Source: Pseudovirgaria hyperparasitica
Lineage: Eukaryota
DNA: 64,000 nt
Assembly (NCBI GenBank): GCA_010093815.1
Contig: ML996586.1
Direction: 5' to 3' (one strand)
How positions within the stretch are numbered: the stretch's first letter is position 1; each line of letters opens with the position of its first letter. The translations under genes and the position numbers were made by a program. Positions 12,972 through 25,412 of the stretch are shown one piece after another. Below the pieces are notes generated by a model. That model was not told the origin of the DNA. It saw only the letters and a program-made list of their open reading frames with translations, and ran no database searches.

Positions 12972-14685
12972 CTAGAAACGTAAAAGTCTTTTGATGTTGT
13001 CAAAATTATACATGAATATGGACATGCCGATAACAGGAACAGTCGTTGCAAAATAAATCCATATGTGAAGATCTCCGGTACCAAGCTCCACAAAGTTCAT
13101 ACCGAAGATTGAACATGTGAATGTCAAGGGGATGAAAATCGTGGCCAGCACAGTCAGCTTCCGAACACGTTCTGCTTGAGTGAGCGTCCGTCGTGATTCT
13201 TCCAAGATAGAGCTATCGGCCAGGGTTCCAATACCACGTTCACACTCTAGGCTGAGGTTTTGTGCGCATGACAGAAGATAATTCAGGTCAATGAACAGCC
13301 TAGTTCCAGACTTTTCGGCGACTGGAGAATGAGAACAAGGCCAATTCATGTTTTTGCGATTCTCCAGTGTCCGTAATATTTGGGCTAACCGTTGTATGTG
13401 TGACGTAAGAACAGTCTTGATGTACCTCAGATTGAGTAGAGAACTGGCATTATATCTTCCTAGTCCCTCTTGGCCGATGAAGGAAAGTTCATGCTCTATG
13501 CGGCTCTGCAGTAGGTTCAAGCACTGGGACTCTGATGCTGCGGCGAACTGAAACAGCTCGCTCAGTGCATACAGTGCGTCCTTGCGAGCCACCTCAAGGT
13601 CCAACCCATATCCATATTGTATTGGAATCATGCAAATATTCTGCGCAGCTCTCCATTCGTCATTCGGTTCATTCGGTTTTGCTATAGGCTTCCGAAAAGT
13701 GTTCGTCCGAGGAAGGGTGGTCATGGATGGAGCCGAGAAGTTTTCGTGTCGAACATTCGTGGCATGTTCAACATCTTGATGCACAATGACAGGATAGAAA
13801 TATGTCTCCCACGGTCGCGAGCCAGGGCGCGGACACCAAGGCCCGTTGGTGCACTTGGATAGATCTCTGCCACTGTCTAGCCATACAACTGCTCGCCACG
13901 ACGTATGAGATTGGTTGATCTCGATCGATATGGTCTGTTCCAGCACATATTCTTGCTCGCTCACCAGGTAGCAGTTCCGGATAATTGAATCAGCGACTTT
14001 CGCCTCACTCCGAAGCTTTTGAAAGTATCTGGTAAGTCCTTCTGCCTCAATTTCTCGGGCAGCTTCCAGATCTTCGGGCTCCGCAGAGTAGGGGTTTATG
14101 CCTCGGGAGCATATCGTCGAGATGGTTAATTGGATGATTCGTGAAGAAGTTGAAGGTAATGAAGGGAAGGAATATAAATTTCGCGGCTCTAAGTTGAACG
14201 CTCTGCCTTGCAAGTGTCGGCGAAAAAGTTCTGGCAGAATCTTATATTTCTCAGCGATTATGCGAAGCCATTGCGACGAGGCGTGTCCACGGATGAAAAC
14301 TAGGGATGTTCCATCTTGTTCAAGGGCTGTGAACTCGTTTAGCCCTTTTGTTGTGGGGTCGAAACAAGTTTGATTGCCGGTGACCAAGTCATGTACAACG
14401 GCAATACTGTCTCTAATGTCTGCCTCTACATCTCCAGGAACATAAGCGTCGCTTCCATGTCGTCCAAAGTTGGTGCTACGAAGATGACTGCTCAAACCTT
14501 CAAGATCAGGCCTTGGATACGCATGGCTCTGGCTGCATCGTTGTGATAACTGATCTAGTTCGTTCTGAAATGACCCGTGGTTGGCTGAATTCGTCGATTA
14601 TCAGCCTAAGAGATTAAGAAGCAGCTACTGTACACTTACAGGTGCGGATCGACACCGCGTCTATGTCATAAGCTTTGTTAGCCAT
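12972..14685 (-). CDS. CorA-like Mg2+ transporter domain protein
   Basis: C-terminal LTVLATIFIPLTFTCSIFGMNF (GMN motif) followed by a second TM helix. An upstream exon from ATG 14685 joins in frame via intron 14585-14639 (GTAAGT...CAG). Confidence 0.82.
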
Positions 14686-15619
14686 TTGTTCATCCTACGC
14701 CGAGTAATCTATCGCTAGAAGAGTTGAAGAATGCACTGTAAGCTTTGATTTTGGTAGCTTTAAACAAAAGCTTCACACATCTCCATGTATAAAGAGGGAA
14801 AGAAGGCAACAGGGCTACTAAGTACTCAGACTGGCCTTCAACGCGGTAGCTGGATCTCAAGGACGACTACTCATGAATGCAGAGCTGCAGTTGGCCCATG
14901 CACAGTATCCTCCCAAGGAATAAGCTCGAGCGCTCAATTCCGTGAGGCGTAGCTACGTGCGATCGCAGGACTTATTTATCGAGGCCCCCAAAGCTGAAGG
15001 AGTAGGATTGTCGCCGCCCATGCAGGATACAGCGGACATGGATGCCGACCTCGCGCGGTAGCTACCACACACGATGAGGTGATTTCATGGAACGTAACGC
15101 AAAAACGATAATGTCCTCGTACTCACGTCGTTTTCCTAGAACCTGAGTCGCTTAGCATTTTTTAATTTCACGCCTATATTCATATACCCTAACTAGATGG
15201 TTATTTTACCTCTTTACCTCTATATAAGAGTCTATATATAATAATATCTATATAGACTTATATAGTAGAGTAGAGCGATTAATTCTATATAATTTTTAAG
15301 CTCTATACTCTCTAATTTACTCTATAATAAAAGGATCTAGTTTCTTAGAGAAGAGAATAAAGGTAGTTTTTCTAGAACCTAATATAGTTTTTATATAGTT
15401 CTCTTCTAGATATTTTTTAAGATTCTTCTCTATCTCTTTAAAAGAACTTTATAATAAGAGAAAAACTATAGAGAGATAGAGATATATCTAGTTAATTATT
15501 ATATATACTTTTTAAAGCTCTTAAATACTTAGAATAGATATAAAAGTAGAAAGAGCTCTAGATATAAAGATAGAGAAGAGAATATATATACTAATACTAG
15601 TAACTTAGATTCTAGGAAA

Positions 15620-16130
15620 ATAATAGATTTATTTATCTATAGTTATAGAAAAAAGCTTAGTAGTTAATATATATAGAAAGTATAGTATAGATAAAAATTT
15701 TATCTATTACTACTATACTATACCTCTATAGCTATAAGTACTACTAGATATTAGTTCTATATAACTCTACTTAAGAATATATCTATATTCTTTTTATTAC
15801 TTTATATTATCTATACTACTATCTCTAGAAATATAGAAAATAAATAAAAATTAGAGTATATTATATAGAGAGATTCTTAGATCTAGCTAACTTAATACTT
15901 ATATCTAAAGGTACTTTAGAAGAATATAAAATATATATTAAATATCTATAGTATTCTATATTAGTTATACTAGCTTTTCTATATTATATATTCTAGTTTT
16001 AGATATTATAGAGGTATAGTATAGTAGTTATAGATAAAAACATTATTATATAATATAGTTTATATATGTACTTATATACTTAGATATTATACTAACCTTT
16101 CTTATATAAATATAGATAAACGGATTGGGC
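15620..16130. mobile_element. Heavily RIPped foldback/MITE-like relic
   Basis: 33-bp inverted repeat at 15698-15730 and 16007-16039 (1 mismatch), with weaker inverted similarity further out. Boundaries approximate. Confidence 0.5.
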
Positions 16131-16767
16131 GGGTAGCGCCTATAGGCTATAACTACGTAGCTACCCGACATGGGTTATACCGGGCCTCTATAGAATATGG
16201 CCTTAGTAATATTATAATAATAGAGGGTACTAAAACTTACTAATTACCAATGTATCTCCGCGCGCTAGTACTATATAGACTATCTATTAAAATATACTTA
16301 ATATTCCCTCTATTTTTAACTATAATACTATTTCTTAATCTTATCTATAGCTAAGTACTATAGAGGAAAGATAGCCTTATTATTATAAGGCTAATACTCC
16401 TTAAAAGGTACGCTTTTATACCCTCTAGAATAAGCGTACACCCTCTAGGATAAGCGTATACTCTTAAAAAACACCCTTAGAGCCTTCTTACGTATATATG
16501 AGTACCTATATTTAATAGTCTATAATTAGCTCTCTTAACGCGAATTATATAGTTTACTATCTACTTACTAGCTTAGAAAATAGTTAAAGAGATTAGGAAG
16601 ACTCTAGAAGATTAATAAGACTATAGTTAATCTCCTCTTATCCCTATTATAGAATCTCTATTAAAACTAGAGTTATAACGTATAGAAGAAGAAATATAAT
16701 ATTTAAGTCTCGAATAATATACTTTAGTATTCCCTTCTATATTATTTAATCGTAGTAAGACGCTATA

Positions 16768-16994
16768 TGTTAGGAATTAGCCAAAGGCTAGACCGGATCC
16801 GCACGCATCCGAGCCGATATAGTAAGAGATAGTATAATAGGCGGTAAGCGGTCACGTGCTAGTTAGATTAGTATATCTCTATGTATATACTTCTCGATTA
16901 CTACCGAGGGGGCTTGGTAGTAATTCGTTCTATATAGGAATACACCCTATTATTCTATCTAGCTATACTACTATCTATTAACCCTATTCTTATA
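16768..16994 (+). repeat. 5' LTR of Gypsy A
   Basis: Starts TGTTAGG; direct repeat with 50157-50382 and 4287-4513. Confidence 0.95.
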
Positions 16995-17952
16995 TTCGAA
17001 TTACTCCCTAAAATAGTACTATAGTTAGTATAGTATAACTAGAACTACGAAGATCGGCACGATCTACTATAGGTCTAAGTTATACTATATTAAGTAGTAG
17101 AGATCCTTATTAATTAGCGATACTTCTAGCCGTTCCTAATAGAGAGGAGATAATATCTAACCGAATTACGGAACTCTCTAACGAGGAGATAGTAGATACT
17201 CTAAGTAACCTCTAATACGGCGAAGCTAGATAATACCCTACTAAGCTACGCGAGGAATCTTAGTAAATAATCGCGGAACTATAATAGTATATTACCAACT
17301 AGACCTAAGAGATATAGGTTCTAAAGGAATAGGCTAAACGTATAGTACTTCTTACGAAATAGTAGGAACTTAAGAAGGACCTTAAAGAACTATACCGAGT
17401 AAACGTAAATCCGCGATAACCTATACCGGTTTTAGTAGAGATAACGTAGCCTACTTAAGAACCGTAATAATCTACTACGATCCCTATAACTACGCTACTA
17501 ATCTATAGTATTAGCTTACTAGGCGTGCCGAAACCTAAAGATCTAACTAGCTTTATAGGGAAGAACTAAAAGGAGTAGAAAGACTAGAAGAGAGACTATG
17601 AAAAGTACTTCCTCGATAACTCTATACTCTTCTCTACTAAAGGATAATGTATTTCCTTCGGAGAACGCTACTTAGCTTTATAATCCCGCGACTAATAGGA
17701 TAGATAGAAGGAAGTTAAACTACTATTTATAATAACCTAGGATAATCTAACTAAATTTATACTAAATATACTCGGTACTATAGAAGAACGTAAAAGGAAG
17801 GCCTTATCTAAGTTAAAAAGCGTCGTGTAACGACCAAATTAGACGCCTACTTAACTATTATAGTACTTATAGAACCTTTAGAATAATATTCCGATACTAT
17901 AAGAGAATATTTATATATTTTAGTATCGCGAAGTACTACTCCCGTTAATTAG

Positions 17953-18190
17953 TGTTAGGACGGAAACTACAATGGACCTATATAAACCATTCTAATCCAT
18001 ATAGCCACGTAGTGGCCAGAGCTAGGTTAAGTTAGCTAAGTTAAGCGAGGTTACTATATAAGTAGACCGCACAAACCGATTCCTACTCGTTAGGAATCAA
18101 CCTCGTATAAGAGTAAGATTACTCTATAAATACATTCCTATGTCTCTCTATAAACTATTAGACTACTATCCCACGTCTTTACTCTTTACA
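17953..18190 (+). repeat. 5' LTR of Gypsy C
   Basis: TG...CA ends; repeat with 37201-37438. Confidence 0.95.
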
Positions 18191-21100
18191 TTTTAATTCC
18201 TCTCTATATAGTACGACGGTAGCTTATAGAGATAGCTCCTACTACACGCTATAATACCCGTGGCACTATCTTATACGAGAGACTCTCTCCAAATCTAAAC
18301 GAAGAGAATAGTCTCCCTATGACTACCTCTACTAATAAGTATACCCTATAGGCTATCGTACTAATAACTAGTACGGTATTCCGTATAACCGTAGAAGATT
18401 ACCTAGATAATAAGAAAGGAGTCTATTATACTCCATCGCGGTCTAGTTTATACTATACTAGACCTATCCTTACTATAAGACTAGACCCTATTAATGTTAA
18501 CGAATTAATTCGTTAGAACCGACTAATATTAACCACGCCTCACGACGACGTATATACTAAGCTATATACGGAGAGGTAGCGTTAGACTTAGCTCGAGTAG
18601 TAACTTCGTGAACTCGACGAAGTGTAAGGATAAACCGCTAGACTCGAAGCCGCACTACGCGCTTTAGTACTAGTAGTAACTAATCTATACTAATATAGAC
18701 TAACTTAAGCCGAAATAGTCTAACTAAGTCTATTACTATCCTAGTTACCTTAGTCTAAGAAACTATCTTACTTTAATAGTAAAACTAGAAGGAGCTTTTA
18801 TGAATAGGCTTACTAGTATAGCCGATTCTTCCACCTATTTATAAACGATAGTAATAAGATTAGGTTCGTATAGAACTACCTAGACCTAACGCCATCTAAA
18901 CGTTAGATAGTACATCGAATTAAACACTCTAAGGATGCGTATAACTAGGACACGTTTACCAAATTCCTTCTTTAATACTTCGGCGATAGAGCCGAGCGAC
19001 GCGAATAGACTTAGAGCCATATCTTTAAGACTTAATAGCGAGAGAGATAATCCCCGTTATAACTCCTCGAATACCTCCGACCTCTTTAGAGAGAAGCTAA
19101 GGAAGATTATATAGTTCGATAATACGACGACTTTAAAAGGTCCCTTAACCCGAGTATAAAGGAACGTATCGACCTTATAACATCTATCTCTACCGACCTT
19201 TAGGTACTCGCGAATCTTATAGAACGATATTAGCGTATAATAAATAACTAACGTCGTATAGGCGCATGACTATCCCTATTAATCTAATCCGATACGAAAT
19301 CGTCTAAAGAGGACCGGTTTAGTAATAGATCGCGCGGAATACCTCGTAGACGCTACTACTCCACGAACTCGAGAAGATAAGGCCCGTACCGCGGATCTTT
19401 CCACTAGTTAATATATCGAGACGCGAGAAACGACTCGTATAAACGACCTAAAGTCACCTACTACACCTATAGTAGGATAGGCTATATAGTACCCGAGTGC
19501 CGCTTAGGGAAACTACTAAATACTAATATAGATACTAAGTTAGTTATATACTATAAGTGCTAGTAGCTAGAATATATCGCGCCTAACTACCCGGTATACG
19601 ATATAAAAAACTAACTATCTATAAGGAACCCTCGCGACTTATAGGCGTAACTAAAATAGAGGGATAACTAGCTAACTAGTATATCGAACTATAGGCTAGG
19701 CCTATCGAGGTCCCTCGTAGATAACATTAGACCGTAATACTCGATAGCGGTTTAGCTACTAATATTATATCGACTTAACAAGCACGAGAGCTTAACGTCG
19801 ATATTTAAGCACTAATAGGTACTACCTTCTATAGTATCGATAGTCCTATTAAATTGTAGGGTACCTATACTATTAAATATAGTATCTAGGATAGCGGGGG
19901 GAAGTGGAAACCCTACTACTTAACCTTTATCATAGTAGATAGTCCCTTTAATATGATCCTCGGTATACTATAGCTCGAAAAACATAACCCGAAACTAGAC
20001 TTCATCTAGAAAATAGCTGGCTGGCGCATGTACCTACTATAATGGAATCTAGTATAGCTAGTCGACGACGAATAATTCTAGAAGAACTACGAAAAGGTAA
20101 TCTCCGCTATCTATGTCCTCTTACTTACTTAAAATAGAGAGCTTAGCATTAAAGTGGACGAAAACCTACTATATTAGTATAAAATATACTAATATATCGT
20201 GTTAGCGATCGACTCGTCCGAATTACCTTAATACTAATCTACTAACCTTACTATTAACCTCGAAGACGGTTAATAACCCCTATACAGACCCATCTACCCT
20301 CTATTAGAACCCGAGCTATAGGTCCTCTAAGAATATATCGAAAAGAACCTTACGCGAGGATAGATTAGGCCTAGTATATCTCTAGCCGGAGCTCTAATCC
20401 TCTTTATAAAGAAGAAGGATAGGAGTCTCCGTCTATATATCGACTACTATAGCCTAAATAACATCACGCAAAAGAATCGTTACCTACTACCTCTTATCTC
20501 CGAGTCTATTAATAGACTAGGGCGCGCGAAGATCTTTACTAAGCTCGATCTATACGACGTCTACTACCGCCTATATATTAAGAAGAGCGATAAGTAGAAA
20601 ACGGCGTTTAGAACCCGTTATAGATACTTCGAGTATATAGTAGTCCCTTTTAGACTAACTAACGCGCTAGGAACCTTCTAAGCGTACATTAATAACGCGC
20701 TAGTAGGCCTACTCGACACGACGTGCATCGTATACCTTAATAACATCCTTATCTTCTCTAATAATAAAGAAGAACACATCTAGCACATACGCGTAGTCCT
20801 AGATAGACTAGAAAAACATAAGCTATATATTAAGCTATCTAAATACGAGTTCCACTAGGACTATATTAACTTCCTTAGCTTCGTTATTACTAATTAAGGT
20901 ATAACTATAGAAAGGGATAGAGTCGCTACTATCGTGGACTAGCCTAAACTAAAATTAGTTTAAGATATACGTGTCTTCATTAGATTCGCTAATTACTACT
21001 AAAAATTCGTTAAGTATTTCTCCCGGCTAGTAGCACCGCTTAACGCGCGTACTACTACCATAGATTTATCTATTACGGTCTACGGTAGATAGAAATAGCG

Positions 21101-21908
21101 TAATATTAAATCGTAGCCTATAGAATTATTAGAAGGCGAAAGGGCCTCCTTCGAGAAAATCAAAGAGGCATTTATAACTACCCTATTGCTAGTATACTTC
21201 GATCTAACTAAACCTATCCGCGTCGAAACTAACGCGTTAGAATTTATAATCTTAGGCATTCTCTCCTAGCCTAGACTAACTAAGTCTAAAAAGGTCTAAT
21301 GGTATCTAGTTACGTTCTTCTTACGCAAAATAGTCGATATTAAGACTAGATATACTATCTATAACTAAGAGCTACTAGTAATAGTAGAGTTATTTAAATA
21401 GTAGCGATATTATCTTAAAGGTACCATATATAACGTCGAGTTACTAACTAATTACTATAACTTAAAGAGGTTTATAAGCACGACGGTTTTAAACCGTTAA
21501 TAGGTCTAATAGACTAAGTAGCTTACGAACTTTCACTTTATAATCTACTATTAATCTAGAAGTATAAACCTAGCTAATAGGATATTAAGAAGACCTAACT
21601 ATAAAGAAGGCGCCTAGGATTATAGTAGCTATAGGGTTCTAGAGTAGCTATAGGCCTAACTCTTAAGGACAAGGTTAGATTTTAAGTTATTAGGCGATTA
21701 GCGAGATACTAACGTTAATACTAGTAATCGAATCTCTAAGACCGAAGCCGGTAACTAAAGACGCGGTACCGAAGTCCCTAGTAGGCCGTTTATTAGCGCT
21801 ATCGGGAAGGGCGATAATGCCCGGCGTAAATATCTAATTAACCTCGCCTAGTTAATCGTGGATCTATAGAAGATAGACCCGATAGTTTTAAAGTTATATA
21901 AAATATAG

Positions 21909-22280
21909 TGTAATGAGCCATCGCCAAGTATGTCCCTTTTTATAAATGGCTATGTTCTTAGTATAGTAGTCGCGACGAACTCACAAGTATCTCTCCTAGG
22001 TATTATGAGTTCTCTTTGAACGCACGACTTCTTATTAGTTCTCTTTTATAATAGGACGGGTCTATACAATACTCTTAATCAATTTATTAATAGCTAAGCC
22101 TAATAATTAATACCCATAGAGGCCCATGAACGTAAGGAAAGGTTAAATCGTCGAATATTCGTGATGGGGGAAGCGTGCCGAGCAGAATGACCAAGGAAAA
22201 CGCCCTCCTTAAATATATAATGAGCCATGTAATCGAGCCAGGGACATATACATGTGGGGCTGTAGGAGCGGCCTTCCATA
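21909..22280 (-). repeat. 3' LTR of Gypsy B copy 2
   Basis: Direct repeat with 32950-33321. Confidence 0.96.
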
Positions 22281-22426
22281 TATACCTCCCCGGCCTATAG
22301 AACTACTACCCTTAGTAGTGTAGTAACCGTATAAGAAACCGTGTGAAGAACGCCTAAAAGAAAGACCTTAATACGAATAAAATGCGCCCCTAGTAAACCT
22401 CTTAGCGCGGGTAAACCTTAGCCCGG

Positions 22427-22459
22427 ATTATTAGTTAAGGGCAGCCCTTAACTAATAAT
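22427..22459. repeat. Shared palindrome, 15-bp arms
   Basis: ATTATTAGTTAAGGG-cag-CCCTTAACTAATAAT. Confidence 0.95.
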
Positions 22460-22479
22460 TAGGTAGGTTTTTAGGCGCC

Positions 22480-25412
22480 TAATCTTAGTACTCGAGGTCG
22501 CGAGCCAGCTCCTAAAGAATCGTGTCGCTTATCTTAGAGAGGTTAGATTCCTCCTCGTCGGATAGTTCGTTAGACCTCTCTTATCTATAGAAGTTCTCTT
22601 TAATGTTATCTAGGCCCGCGTCGGGCTCGAATTTCTTAAAATTAATTGGCCGCTTAGCGGCGCGCGCCTCGTTAAATTCCTTCTAGAACGACCTATCCCC
22701 ATAGACTAGCCTTTCCTACCTTACTATTTTCTTAAAGGTCTCCACGAATACCCTCGAGCCCTCCTTGAACTAGGCGTCTACCTTGGCTTTAAGTTATTAA
22801 GGACTTACGTTAAGCCACGTAGCTGCCTCTTCTTTTACCTCCTAGCTGTCCTATCTTTTATAGCCGACTAATGCGTTACTAACGGCGTTAAAACTCGGGA
22901 GTTAAACTACGGCTGGGAAGGCAAAAGGAATCGCGCTGTATTTATTAGAAAATCCTAACGGAGACGTAGGTCCTAGAGTTAAATTCCTGTGAGCTGCTGC
23001 GAGTTATTCCTATATGCCTATTTTAGGCACTTCCATTATTATGTGATTAGGGCTAATCGCGATATACTATGGAAGCATCGTACGTCTTCTACCCTTTACG
23101 GGACCCTAGGCGCCGTGCATTATTAGTGGGCTAGAGATGCGTACTTTAAGGGACTGGTAGGGGACCGGGACGAAGGGACCAAATCGTTTCCTATCGTCCG
23201 TATTATAGATCTTATCGTTAATAGCCGTGATTATATCGTTTCGATTAACCCCCTCGCGGAGCTTGGCCTTTAACTACTATTCGTTTAAGAACTTATAGGA
23301 GCGGGGAACGATTATGGTGTAGTCGTCACTTCGTTCGTCGTCGAGACTAATGCTCCCCTAGATTATGTTAAACCCGTGTCTATCGCTAGGATCGAGGATT
23401 CGATTAATGGCGTTATCGAGATACTTAAAACCCGTCTTATCGCCCCTATTCTAGGACTTCGCATAGTACGGGTACGAGATTAGATGGTAGTTAAGATCGG
23501 GCCGAAGAGCGATATAGGTGAGCTAGTAAAGTAGGTATTACCTAATAAACTATTAGATATAGGAGTAGTATGTAGTTCGTAGCCAGCCGTAGTTCGATTT
23601 CTTATTAAATATGCGCTAGTAGTACTTATATATATTAAATTCATCCCTCGCGAGCTCTAGGATGCTCTTATTAAGTATAGAGGTCGTCTTTTTAAGTGGC
23701 TCGAAGAGCCCTTTAATATTAATACTTCCGGTACGTTCCTACTCGTCGAAGAGTTACCTACCTATTCTACCGTCCTCCTTCTAAATTATAAATGCGATAC
23801 TAGTAAGGATGGTTTTAATATTAATAACTTGCTTTGGGGTCTCTAGGGCCTAGTAACGATAGATACCTAATGCCTCTATCGGATAAGGTGGCCGCGCGTA
23901 CTTCGCGAACTAGGTATAGCGGTCCTTATAAACTTTAAGGGCCCCTACGTTATCTCTAAACTTATATACTATTTTAAGTCTCGCTACTAGGTTTAAGTAG
24001 GACACGCTAACGAGTATATTATTCTTTCTAGCCACGTCTTAGTAATACTTATAGTAGACTTTATACGGAACAGCCATGTTACCTATCTACGCTTTCTAGC
24101 GCACTAGTAGGGCTATTCCCTTAATGCTCGTGAAATTCTTCTTTAATAATATAGCTGCCTTAAAAGTCTTCGTTACTAAAGGCGCGCATTAATACTTCTT
24201 AGGCTCGTCCTCTTCCTCGACTAATACTATTATCTTAGGGTGCGAACTAAGAATAACCGGGGATTATCGTATAGGCGCCCCTGGTAATTACTAAGGGCCG
24301 GTAGATAAGGCACGTCCGCGAGTAGGTTTTATCGGCGTGGCCGTAACGGGCACTAAAGACGTTCTCGCATGGCCCGGTAAGGGATGTTTACTAGTAGTAG
24401 TAGGAGGAATGCTTACTTCGAACGGACGACTAGCTTCGAAGAGACGACGTACTACTAAACTAGGAGGCGTACTTCGTAGAGGGGACTTCACCGCGGGCGT
24501 TACCTATACTAGTTTTAGCGACGGTAAGGTCTAAGGCGGAGGCGATACACTTATCTCTTTGATTTATAGGTAGTATTTAACGGGCCTATGAACCATTCTA
24601 CTTATCCGTGACTATTAACTAGCGGAGATAATAAGTCCCGTCTCATTATAGAACGTTAGTTTATTTTATCGGCTAGGGTAGTTCGAGAGTTACTAGAGAG
24701 ATAGACCGTCCTTATTACTATCGCTAGCTAGGGCGGTATCGATATTAGAGCTCTAAAGATATACCTTAATTCCCCTTCCCTTCTATCCCTAGCCGATTTA
24801 GAACTATAGAGATACGTTTAATTAGTTTCTCGCTCTCGCCCATGTTCGCACTCGTAAGAGCGCTACTAGCTTTTCTATAAAGTTCTATGTTTACTAGAGC
24901 TATCCGAGGGCGGATTAGAGTAACTAGCCGTCGTTATTAGGGAGGTCTTTTCGCTAGTTTTATAGGATCGTATTTTTGGCTTTTAGGATACGGGAGTTAG
25001 TATCTCTTCCACGACGAATTATCTCATAGACTTCTTTCGGAATAGAGGAGTTAATCTTTACCTTACTATACCCTATTACGGCTCCTACTTCCTAGAAGAG
25101 GTTAACTATACTACTTAAGAGCTATTCTATAAGGCTGGTGATGTGAAGGAGATTATTAAACGTGTCTAGAATATAGTCCTATCGCTCTTACGGGTTCTAG
25201 ATAGCGATGATTCGGTTAATAGTAGACTTATTTATTTCCGTAGCTTCTATAGCCTATCCGTGCGGAGTAGTAGATGGCCTTAATACCACGATAGCCGTCG
25301 ATGGCCCTGCTTTAGCACTCACGACTCTTAACTAGGACCGCGTCTATCTTATTAGTACTTAATAATCTTATAACTCTTTATGGGTAGGCGTTTTCTTCTT
25401 CGGCGGGGCTAT
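22480..25412 (-). pseudogene. Gypsy B extra ORF2 (~980 codons): basic N-terminus, S/P/T-rich linker, PhyH-like 2OG-Fe(II) dioxygenase-type domain
   Basis: One frame with only TAA/TAG stops; includes ORF-track 24291-24491. Motifs: F-K-[Y<H]-L-D (23415-23429), I-[Q]-GSISLDDE, IVPRS[Y<H], M-H-G (CAC at 23115-23117), RRRTMLP. Putative start ATA(<ATG)-APPKKK at 25412. The 3' end is approximate. Confidence 0.75.
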
